Positions 31,265 to 38,349 of a stretch of DNA of 40,093 nucleotides are shown here, in pieces. Source of the DNA: a virus (Duplodnaviria > Caudoviricetes); the IMG/VR virus record IMGVR_UViG_3300020352_000009, positions 1-40,093 of that record; one strand, 5' to 3'. Every line of letters begins with the position of its first letter. Within the stretch, counting starts at the first letter, position 1. The notes beneath the pieces were generated by a model. It was not told where the DNA came from. It made no database searches and saw nothing but the letters and a program-made list of their open reading frames with translations. The position numbers and the translations under genes are program-made.

Positions 31265-31978
31265 TTATAATGCGTCTATCAAAGTCTTAACTGCAGAGAA
31301 TGACTCAGTACAAAGAACCTCATCAACCTTTTGGAAAGTATTACCAGCTCCATTGTAGTAAATTAAACTTCCACCACCCGGCTGCTGATTTACAGACCTG
31401 ATTCTTAAAACATTCAACGCCTTAGTAGCACCATTCTCTAGAGTAACATTGATGCTAAAACTAGTCAAAGCTGCATCTATAAGACTCTTCTGATTAGTAC
31501 CTCCAGACAAATTCACATCCGTCTTAGCTAATGTACCAGTAACCGTAGAAGCAACAACAAAAGTATTCGGAGTATCAGCCTCAGCCTTATCAGCAGAGAT
31601 AGTTACAACCGCACCTGCAGCACTAGCCGTATAGTTAGGAACAGTAACAAAAGAATTTATCGCTGTAACTAGGTTAGAAGCAAGCTCATTCAATGAAGCT
31701 CCCGATACAGCCGTAGCAGTATCAAAAATACTAAAAGCTGCCCCTCCTGAAGCATTAACAGTCAAATTTGTGATAGTTCCCGAACCTGAGTTCAAAGTAA
31801 CACTACCCGTAGCTGCCGTATTTTGTGTTTTTATAATCTGAGGATCTTGACCGTAAACATCAATCTCCACATCAACGTCACCCTCAAAAGAGTTCACCGC
31901 CTTTACCTTGTCCGATAAAACAGTAGTAGTATTACCACTCTTATCAACAATATTTAACGTACTTAATGTAATTGCCAT
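31265..31978 (-). CDS. Virion structural/decoration-like protein
   Basis: 237 aa T/S/A/V-rich; shares a domain with 18415..20280. Confidence 0.65.
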   Translation of the reverse strand: MAITLSTLNIVDKSGNTTTVLSDKVKAVNSFEGDVDVEIDVYGQDPQIIKTQNTAATGSVTLNSGSGTITNLTVNASGGAAFSIFDTATAVSGASLNELASNLVTAINSFVTVPNYTASAAGAVVTISADKAEADTPNTFVVASTVTGTLAKTDVNLSGGTNQKSLIDAALTSFSINVTLENGATKALNVLRIRSVNQQPGGGSLIYYNGAGNTFQKVDEVLCTESFSAVKTLIDAL

Positions 31979-32007
31979 TATTTCTTATTTTTAAATTTAT
32001 ACTTATA

Positions 32008-32310
32008 CTAAACTAATAAATGTTCTGGAACTCCCCTCTTTACCTCTAAACTAGCATTCTCATAATAAGCATGCTTGAACTCCTCCCCATTAGGTGCTTT
32101 CAAAAAAATTATCCAACGACTCTGACCATTAAAATGAAACGCAGTGTCATCATGAAGTATCTTTGAACATTCAAACCTCTGCCCGGCAACTCGATAATTC
32201 TTACCCACCTGCCAAACAAATCCAGGAGTATCTCCCAACGTCTTATTCAAAACTATCAACTGATACACGTTCTCAATAACATCCCTGTCCATATTGTAAA
32301 TATATAACAA
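32008..32310 (-). CDS. Hypothetical protein (true start may be the ATG at 32292)
   Basis: About 95-100 aa ORF co-oriented with the block. Confidence 0.65.
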   Translation of the reverse strand: MLYIYNMDRDVIENVYQLIVLNKTLGDTPGFVWQVGKNYRVAGQRFECSKILHDDTAFHFNGQSRWIIFLKAPNGEEFKHAYYENASLEVKRGVPEHLLV

Positions 32311-32343
32311 TTATTTTTTACCCTAAATGTGTCACCTACAAAC

Positions 32344-32378
32344 AAAAAAAAGAGGTGCAAAACAAACAAAGCACCTCT
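32344..32378 (-). terminator. Intrinsic terminator after the nuclease gene
   Basis: Perfect AGAGGTGC/GCACCTCT stem followed by a T run on the minus strand. Confidence 0.8.
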
Positions 32379-32433
32379 CCAAACAAAACAATATATGAAT
32401 ATACATTAAAACCCTTGCACCAAGATAAACATT

Positions 32434-33036
32434 TTATTTTAAATAATCACCAAGAACCGTCAAACCAACATTCCGAGGTGAACGCTTTATATCCGTAACC
32501 AAATACTCACCAGGATGAAAATTCATTCCAAACATACTCGGTATCTTAAACATATTAATATAAACACCCTGAGTAGCAAACAACCAATTAATCTTCACCT
32601 GAGCATAACTCGTCATATTATTCTGATTGTGAACAGGCTTTATCTCTACATAACTAACCAACCCATCACCCAAATGATACAACGGCTTACTATTACTAGT
32701 CAAACGCTCCGCATCAACATAATCATAATAAAAAACACCCTCAGCCTTCTCCGTCCACTCTACCTTAAAATCAGGAGTGTAAACAGTAGGCTTAACCAAA
32801 CACTCCCTCTTATAATTTACCTTCGTCTTTAACCTCTGCTCATACAACTTCTCATAACCACCATACAACTCAAAAGTCCTACTCTCATACCAAGCATTAT
32901 CAACATACCCGGCATCACACAACTCACTCAACCAACACAAATAAAAAAACTCCTCGTCAGAACGTAAACAATCCAACTCTATCTCAGGGAAATTAGTGTT
33001 TAACCACTTTGCCACACTCGGCACAATCTTTCTCAT
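32434..33036 (-). CDS. PD-(D/E)XK endonuclease (T7 endonuclease I / resolvase-like)
   Basis: RSDEE, YTPDF and YVEIKP motifs. Confidence 0.75.
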   Translation of the reverse strand: MRKIVPSVAKWLNTNFPEIELDCLRSDEEFFYLCWLSELCDAGYVDNAWYESRTFELYGGYEKLYEQRLKTKVNYKRECLVKPTVYTPDFKVEWTEKAEGVFYYDYVDAERLTSNSKPLYHLGDGLVSYVEIKPVHNQNNMTSYAQVKINWLFATQGVYINMFKIPSMFGMNFHPGEYLVTDIKRSPRNVGLTVLGDYLK

Positions 33037-33220
33037 AAACCCTATAACATTTTCTGCATAACTTCAAACCCCTATCATAAGCATACTCCTTCAACCGATC
33101 CAAATAAGGTCGCCCAACCCTATCAATATTATTCAAAACATAACAACGATGATTCTCCAAAAACTTCTCCTCATCTAATATAACTCCTACCATAAAAAAA
33201 CAAAAAAAAGGTAACGCCAT
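32993..33220 (-). CDS. Small Zn-finger protein (likely start ATG 33193)
   Basis: CRKC-x6-CAEC; the annotated N-terminus overlaps a terminator-like hairpin. Confidence 0.55.
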   Translation of the reverse strand: MALPFFCFFMVGVILDEEKFLENHRCYVLNNIDRVGRPYLDRLKEYAYDRGLKLCRKCYRVYEKDCAECGKVVKH

Positions 33221-33231
33221 CCACGATACCT
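33202..33231 (-). terminator. Possible intrinsic terminator
   Basis: Imperfect AGGTA.CG...CG.TACCT stem followed by a T run on the minus strand. Confidence 0.5.
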
Positions 33232-33279
33232 AAACTAACTAATAAATATTTTGTTACAAACAAACACCACCAAAAAAAA

Positions 33280-33477
33280 CTAAACCTCTAAACCCCTAAA
33301 CTCTATCTCTGACCATAAATAATCCAAAACAGGATTCTCTGGACGATACCTAATCTGATTCTCATAAATCTTTAACAAATGATTATCATGCAAATCCTCC
33401 AAATGAAAATGACTCCCCTTACGAGTTACCCAAACTATCCTCTTTCCCTCACCATCCAAGTGCCTTACGTCAGACAT
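33280..33477 (-). CDS. Hypothetical protein
   Basis: 65 aa; WVTRKG..LEDLHDNHLLKI..EIEFRG. Confidence 0.65.
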   Translation of the reverse strand: MSDVRHLDGEGKRIVWVTRKGSHFHLEDLHDNHLLKIYENQIRYRPENPVLDYLWSEIEFRGLEV

Positions 33478-33815
33478 AATACCAAACTAAAAACTATAAC
33501 CAAAAAAACAAAAATTAAAACTATCCGCAAAAACAAATTAAAACGAGAATCATCCACCAAGCTAAATCCCAACCCATCAAACAAACTCACCCTCCTAACC
33601 GTTACCTTAGTGAAGTTCTCCTGACCAACATCCCACCAAGAAATATCCAACACATACTCAATACCAAACTCCCCAACATCATAACGATTCAAAACCTCAT
33701 AACCCTCACCAAAATAATCATCTATAGATTCCGTAACACCAGACAAACTCCGACAAACAGATAACAAACTATATCCCTCACCACAACTCTCCGTAACCAC
33801 ATACAAACTCAACAT
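33465..33815 (-). CDS. Hypothetical membrane-anchored protein
   Basis: 116 aa with a C-terminal hydrophobic helix. Confidence 0.6.
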   Translation of the reverse strand: MLSLYVVTESCGEGYSLLSVCRSLSGVTESIDDYFGEGYEVLNRYDVGEFGIEYVLDISWWDVGQENFTKVTVRRVSLFDGLGFSLVDDSRFNLFLRIVLIFVFLVIVFSLVLCLT

Positions 33816-33818
33816 AAC

Positions 33819-34142
33819 CTAACCCTTTTTTCTGTCCGAACTAACATGCTTATACTCTATACGCTTACCCCTCTTAGTATGACTGAACACATCCCCAACA
33901 ACAACAACATCCAAATTATAACCAATAACATTAAAAGCCCTTACCAACTCAAACATCTTAAAACTAGATATACAAACCTCCTTAGCATAATAAGTCCTAT
34001 AACTTAAACCCATGTGATGAGCAACATACTTCCGACTAATACCTCGCAACTTCCTTAAACTCACAAACTTATCCAACCAAACAATATACATAGGATCATA
34101 CTTCATCCTCCTGTCATCATGCTTTAAATATACATATGCCAT
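33819..34142 (-). CDS. XRE/Cro-family HTH transcriptional regulator
   Basis: LRKLRGISRKYVAHHMGLSYRTYYAKE fits the XRE HTH pattern; first gene of the leftward block. Confidence 0.75.
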   Translation of the reverse strand: MAYVYLKHDDRRMKYDPMYIVWLDKFVSLRKLRGISRKYVAHHMGLSYRTYYAKEVCISSFKMFELVRAFNVIGYNLDVVVVGDVFSHTKRGKRIEYKHVSSDRKKG

Positions 34143-34544
34143 TTTACATAACTTTTATCGCCTAAACCCGAGTGGAGACCTACCACTTTACATAGCCAAG
34201 ACGTAATTTAACATCCAATATATAAATACATCCCCAAATAACCAAATACCGCTTTAATAAATCCTCTCCTTATGCAAACCGGAATGCGTTACGGTTAGGT
34301 AAATAAACTTCCATACAAGCCTTTAGAGGCAATAAAACCTAGTGAGTGAGGGTAAGGGTCTAGACTGGAGGTAGGTTTTCTTAGAAGTTCTCTGTGGTTG
34401 TGTGGGTGGGGTTATAGCGGTGTGCGACGGGGTGTAGCGATCCTGTGGGGGGCGCAAAACTTTTGGGGGGTGGGTGCGTTTTGGGTTTTGTTGTGCCCCT
34501 CTTTACTGTTTTTGTTTCGCCCCCGCATTACTTAACTGTTTATT

Positions 34545-34557
34545 AATCAACTCTTTA
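34545..34557 (+). promoter_or_regulatory. IHF-consensus box
   Basis: AATCAA-CTCT-TTA matches WATCARNNNNTTR. Confidence 0.55.
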
Positions 34558-34832
34558 CATGTACCCAATAGAACGTTAAAGAAAACTTTGTTTTTGTTTC
34601 TATTTGGGGAAAACTAAAAAGCGTAAACAGTTTTAAAAAGTTTTGTATCTGTTTAAATCGTTTGTTTAATCCTATGAAGTATTATTTTTTTTAGTCCATC
34701 ACTTTAAAAGATCCTTTCCTTTTATCCTTTCTTTTGTTTCTCTCTCTATTGTAATAGTATTGTTGTTTCCTTTTTCTAATTGTGTAACCTTGAAACCTTT
34801 TTTTTGAATTTCCAGGAAACTATTAATATCTG

Positions 34833-34845
34833 TAAAGCGTTGATA
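34833..34845 (-). promoter_or_regulatory. IHF-consensus box, inverted relative to 34545
   Basis: Minus strand TATCAA-CGCT-TTA matches WATCARNNNNTTR. Confidence 0.55.
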
Positions 34846-34888
34846 ATTAGACATTTACAAATTAATTGAAAAAAAACTTTACTTTTTA

Positions 34889-34921
34889 TTTGTTTTTTAC
34901 ATTTGTTCGGGCGTATCTTTG
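34889..34921 (+). promoter_or_regulatory. Bacteroidota housekeeping-sigma early promoter (-33/-7)
   Basis: TTTG (34889-92), 21-nt spacer, TATCTTTG (34914-21); upstream of the first + strand gene. Confidence 0.75.
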
Positions 34922-34993
34922 TTAAAACGGTTATGTTTAAAGCCTAAAATTTAGACACGATATAATAAAGACCTTTAATGAGGCATCAATAAA

Positions 34994-35443
34994 ATGAATA
35001 ATTTAAGAATAGTAATCGCACAGACTCAAAAAGTGGTAACCACTAAAAAAGAGCTAACAACTGACAAAGTAACGAGCGAAAACAAAGTTAATTTGAAAAC
35101 TTGGAATTTTGACACTGAATCAAAATTCAATCAAAAAAAATCATTGCTTGCAATCGTAAACGGTACTTATGCAATAATAGAAAGAGAAAAGCAAAGAAAA
35201 AAAGAAGGTTTGAGACCTTTCAATCCTATTCAAATTAGTAAGCCTTTAGAGATAGTATTGACTTGGAATAACTCAAGAAAGATAATACTTGCAATCGAGG
35301 AAAGCGGGACTGTAAAAGCCTATAATTATAAACAAGGTTCAAAACAAGACCTAAACAAGGCTAAAGGGCGTTTCTTCCATGAAATTAAAGATATATTGAA
35401 CGGTTACAATGTAAAAGATATATTCGAAGATTTCACAGTATAA
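34994..35443 (+). CDS. First early gene, basic hypothetical protein
   Basis: 149 aa K-rich; A-rich leader; downstream of the promoter. Confidence 0.75.
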   Translation: MNNLRIVIAQTQKVVTTKKELTTDKVTSENKVNLKTWNFDTESKFNQKKSLLAIVNGTYAIIEREKQRKKEGLRPFNPIQISKPLEIVLTWNNSRKIILAIEESGTVKAYNYKQGSKQDLNKAKGRFFHEIKDILNGYNVKDIFEDFTV

Positions 35444-35452
35444 CAAAGTTTT

Positions 35453-35515
35453 AACGGGCGCTAGGCGCAAAACTGGAAACTCAGTTTTAAAGGTTCGAAC
35501 CCTTTGCCCGTTCCA
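35453..35515 (+). ncRNA. tRNA-like element 1 (no D arm, ends in CCA)
   Basis: AACGGGC/GCCCGTT stem; T arm AAAGG-TTCGAAC-CCTTT; single internal hairpin AAAACTG/CAGTTTT; 3' CCA. Confidence 0.75.
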
Positions 35516-35772
35516 AGAATACCCCGTTTTTTGACATTTTGATAAAATTTTAAACGTGTGCAAATTTGTTGCTTTAATGTTTTAAATTGAACGCCCTTTG
35601 TGTTTATACAACTTGACAAGGCTATTAAATGAAATACAAAAAAGACTAACGGCAAAAAATGAAATGTTTAAGACTAAATTAATAAGTAGAAAGGAAGCTT
35701 TACAGCGTAATTAATAACCAAAATTTTTACGTGTTGTTTGTTTCTAATTATAGCTTATTAATATACTATGTT

Positions 35773-35816
35773 ATTTAATAAGGTGGCATTATTCTAAATG
35801 TGTCACCTTATTAAAT
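35773..35816 (+). other. 16-bp hairpin whose 3' side contains the dispersed motif
   Basis: ATTTAATAAGGTGGCA / TGTCACCTTATTAAAT with one G-U pair. Confidence 0.75.
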
Positions 35817-35827
35817 TAAATTTTAAA

Positions 35828-35902
35828 AACCTACGATTCTGGGAATCTGCTGAATCAGTAAGAAACAAGTACGTATAAGGGTTCGATCCCCTTAGTAGGT
35901 TC
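35828..35902 (+). ncRNA. tRNA-like element 2
   Basis: AACCTAC/GTAGGTT stem; T arm TAAGGG-TTCGATC-CCCTTA; two mini-hairpins inside; no encoded CCA. Confidence 0.65.
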
Positions 35903-35954
35903 TATTATAAATGTGTAACCTTAAAAAACATTTAAACTTTAAAAACAAACAAAA

Positions 35955-36071
35955 ATGAAAAAAATAATAGACAGTTTTAAAACTACAGAAAGAAAAATAA
36001 ATTATGAATTTTTAATCTGTTTTGGCTCAGCTCTAATAGTCTGGACCTTACTTATAATTAATAGAATTTAA
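35955..36071 (+). CDS. 38 aa single-TM microprotein (not in the ORF track)
   Basis: MKKIIDSFKTTERKINYEFLICFGSALIVWTLLIINRI; AAAACAAACAAAA leader like its neighbours. Confidence 0.65.
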   Translation: MKKIIDSFKTTERKINYEFLICFGSALIVWTLLIINRI

Positions 36072-36091
36072 AAACTAAAACCCCAAACAAA

Positions 36092-36358
36092 ATGAAAAAT
36101 TTTATAACACACGGATACTATACGGTATCTAATTTAGGCGGATACGAAATACAATTGAGTGACTGCGGAAGCTCTGCAAGAGTAAAAGACGCATGGGGAA
36201 GTGAAACCCCAATCATAAGTGAATGGTTCGAAATAGAATATATTGAAAACGGTTATCCTAATATGATGGATGAAAACAAAGAAATGGGGGAATTAATACC
36301 CGTTATTGATCCTGATGGGTATGATATACCCCTTAATATGGTAAAAACTAAAATTTAA
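36092..36358 (+). CDS. Early hypothetical protein, paralog of the C-terminal half of 37033..37560
   Basis: 88 aa; shared SARVKDAWGS and PVIDPDGY. Confidence 0.8.
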   Translation: MKNFITHGYYTVSNLGGYEIQLSDCGSSARVKDAWGSETPIISEWFEIEYIENGYPNMMDENKEMGELIPVIDPDGYDIPLNMVKTKI

Positions 36359-36362
36359 AACA

Positions 36363-36566
36363 ATGAAAAACTTTGAAGTATACAAAGATCTTAGAAACAA
36401 TCCGATTTACAAAGTAAACGATACATTCTACACAGAAAACAACGGACAAATAGAACCTGCACCTAAATTTCTACAATCCTGGTTTCAAAAATGGATAGAA
36501 GAAAACAGGACAGATTTAATAATAAAAACAAACTTTAGTGATTTTACTATTGTCAGTACAAAATAA
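36363..36566 (+). CDS. Early hypothetical protein
   Basis: 67 aa, A-rich leader. Confidence 0.7.
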   Translation: MKNFEVYKDLRNNPIYKVNDTFYTENNGQIEPAPKFLQSWFQKWIEENRTDLIIKTNFSDFTIVSTK

Positions 36567-36637
36567 AATAACTAACTTAGCAAAAAGGTAATTAGTTCAG
36601 CCTATAAAATGAACCAATAATATAAAATCAAATCAAA

Positions 36638-37000
36638 ATGGGACGTATTACAAAAATTGACAGTTTAGAAAAAGCGTGGAAGGTAGTAGATTACCAAACC
36701 TCTGCACAAGATTTATTGAATGAAAGGTTATATCTAAAAACGACAGGATGGTCCAGAGTTCAATTAACAGAAGAATTTAAAAGACAACTTTGCGATATGC
36801 TGACTAAGGATATTGGTGGACATCACAAAACAAAGGAAAAAGTAGAACGGTGTTTACTGTTTAGATCTCCTCAGCATTGGGCATTAAAAAGGTTCTTCCT
36901 TACTAAGTACGGGAAAGAAGCTAGAATATCTTATTACGCAGGGCAAGACCACATATCAGAGATGAGAGACTTAAGAAACTTTCTTTATAACGAATACTAA
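36638..37000 (+). CDS. Early hypothetical protein
   Basis: 120 aa, A-rich leader. Confidence 0.75.
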   Translation: MGRITKIDSLEKAWKVVDYQTSAQDLLNERLYLKTTGWSRVQLTEEFKRQLCDMLTKDIGGHHKTKEKVERCLLFRSPQHWALKRFFLTKYGKEARISYYAGQDHISEMRDLRNFLYNEY

Positions 37001-37003
37001 TAC

Positions 37004-37035
37004 TAAACGTGTAACCTTAAAAACAAACAATCATG
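37004..37035 (+). repeat. Junction repeat TAAAYGTGTRACCTTAAAAACAAACAATCATG, copy A
   Basis: 30 of 32 bases identical to 39656-39687. Confidence 0.9.
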
Positions 37036-37560
37036 AAAGTAATTAAAATAGAATTAGAGACTGCTGGAATAGTTTCAAGCGTCCAAATAGAGACAGAAAA
37101 CAATTTAAAAATATGGTTTGACGTATGGGAAAATAGAACATACGAAGAAGTATACGAAGAACCCGAAATAACGGGTGATTGGAACAAGTATATCTTTAAA
37201 CTAGACAATAAAGAAGACTTAAAAATAAAAGAGTTTCAAAACAATAGTGAAAACTTTAGTGAATGCTTAGAACTTGCTATTAATGAATACGAAAAACACA
37301 AAAGTTTTAAAGTTCATGGAGGATATACAATATCTAATACAGGTGGATACGAAATAGAAATAAGTGAATGTGGCGACTCTGCAAGAGTAAAAGATGCGTG
37401 GGGAAGTAAAAACCCTAGAATAAGTGAATGGCTAGAAATAGAATACATAATAGATGAAGACTCAGAGCCTGATGAAGAAGGATACAAAGAATCTGAGCCT
37501 GTTATTGATCCTGATGGATATAACATACCCCTAAACATGGTAATGAGAGTAAATGTGTGA
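37033..37560 (+). CDS. Early acidic two-domain protein
   Basis: 175 aa E-rich; C-terminal domain duplicated from 36092..36358. Confidence 0.8.
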   Translation: MKVIKIELETAGIVSSVQIETENNLKIWFDVWENRTYEEVYEEPEITGDWNKYIFKLDNKEDLKIKEFQNNSENFSECLELAINEYEKHKSFKVHGGYTISNTGGYEIEISECGDSARVKDAWGSKNPRISEWLEIEYIIDEDSEPDEEGYKESEPVIDPDGYNIPLNMVMRVNV

Positions 37561-37609
37561 CCTTAAGTAACATCCTCACTTAGGGTTACACACAAAAAAT
37601 TAAGAGGAT
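37554..37609 (+). ncRNA. Putative H-type pseudoknot, copy 1
   Basis: 15-bp stem (two G-U) with loop AACATCCTC complementary to downstream GAGGAT. Confidence 0.7.
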
Positions 37610-37623
37610 AAAATTTAATTATT

Positions 37624-37866
37624 ATGGACTGGACAAACATTAATTTAGAAAGTGGTTATGAGAAAGCTCAAAACCTAATGGATGGATACACATTCGAACA
37701 ATTATTACTTGAGGTATATTGTAACATAAGAGAAGAAAACTTAACCCCTGAAGAGATTAAGAAACACGCTCTAAATGTACTCAAGGCTAAACACAGCGAA
37801 GCAATTGAAATTTTGAATGATAACCTTATAAATATTACAAACCACGCTAAAAACGAACGAAAATGA
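37624..37866 (+). CDS. Early hypothetical protein
   Basis: 80 aa. Confidence 0.75.
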   Translation: MDWTNINLESGYEKAQNLMDGYTFEQLLLEVYCNIREENLTPEEIKKHALNVLKAKHSEAIEILNDNLINITNHAKNERK

Positions 37867-38144
37867 GAGCAATAGAAAAAGCAAAAGAAATCTATAACAA
37901 AAGTATAGATTGTAAAGACATGAAGAAGTTAACCACTTATATTAATGAAGTGGTTGAAATATATCAAGAACACGACAAAGAAGTAAAAGAGAAAATTGAT
38001 ATGCAAGATTTTAGAGATGTTAACAATGTTGACTTTAACGAATGGGCACACGATCAGCAAGACGATATTGAAAGAATATATCAAGATCTTAGGTCTGATC
38101 TTGGCTCTTTAAGTTTTGAACAAAACGGATTCAGTATAATTTAA
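37863..38144 (+). CDS. Early acidic hypothetical protein
   Basis: 93 aa; ATGA overlap with the previous gene. Confidence 0.75.
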   Translation: MRAIEKAKEIYNKSIDCKDMKKLTTYINEVVEIYQEHDKEVKEKIDMQDFRDVNNVDFNEWAHDQQDDIERIYQDLRSDLGSLSFEQNGFSII

Positions 38145-38156
38145 AATAAAACAATC

Positions 38157-38342
38157 ATGAAAAAAGAATATCAAACATACAAAGGCTACGGAATAAACTT
38201 AATACAAAAAGAATACACAGCTTTAGCCTATGCGAATCCTGGTTTTTTCGGGAGCAATCTCTCTAAAATAAAAAGAGCAATCAACCAATATTTAAGAGAC
38301 GAAAAGTATACGGATACAAACGAAATTTATCACATAAAATAA
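38157..38342 (+). CDS. Early hypothetical protein
   Basis: 61 aa; AAAACAATC-ATG leader. Confidence 0.7.
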   Translation: MKKEYQTYKGYGINLIQKEYTALAYANPGFFGSNLSKIKRAINQYLRDEKYTDTNEIYHIK

Positions 38343-38349
38343 AACAATC

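Larger units (their letters stand above)
34143..34993. other. Divergent non-coding control region (candidate genome terminus/pac site or origin)
   Basis: 850 bp without ORFs between divergent blocks; skew flip near 34330; G-runs; IHF-type boxes. Confidence 0.6.

Noticed and set aside
32321-32340. Reverse complement of the motif (TAGGTGACACATTTAGGG) resembles the SP6 promoter core AGGTGACAC
   Set aside because: It would fire antisense through the whole early region and no single-subunit RNAP gene is in the window; kept only as a remote possibility
1480-33624. Plus-strand ORFs opposite late genes (for example 5024..5803, 20692..21057, 32515..32832) and short minus-strand ORFs in alternative frames
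   Set aside because: Shadow frames of long real genes, with S/F/L- or I/T/N-biased composition and no leaders
35453-35902. Canonical tRNA genes or tmRNA
   Set aside because: No D arm or 7-nt anticodon loop, no G3-U70 alanine determinant and no tag reading frame
36570-36615. Weak overlapping hairpins (AACTAA/TTAGTT, GTTCA/TGAAC) in an early intergenic gap
   Set aside because: Short, AT-rich and single copy; not distinguishable from chance
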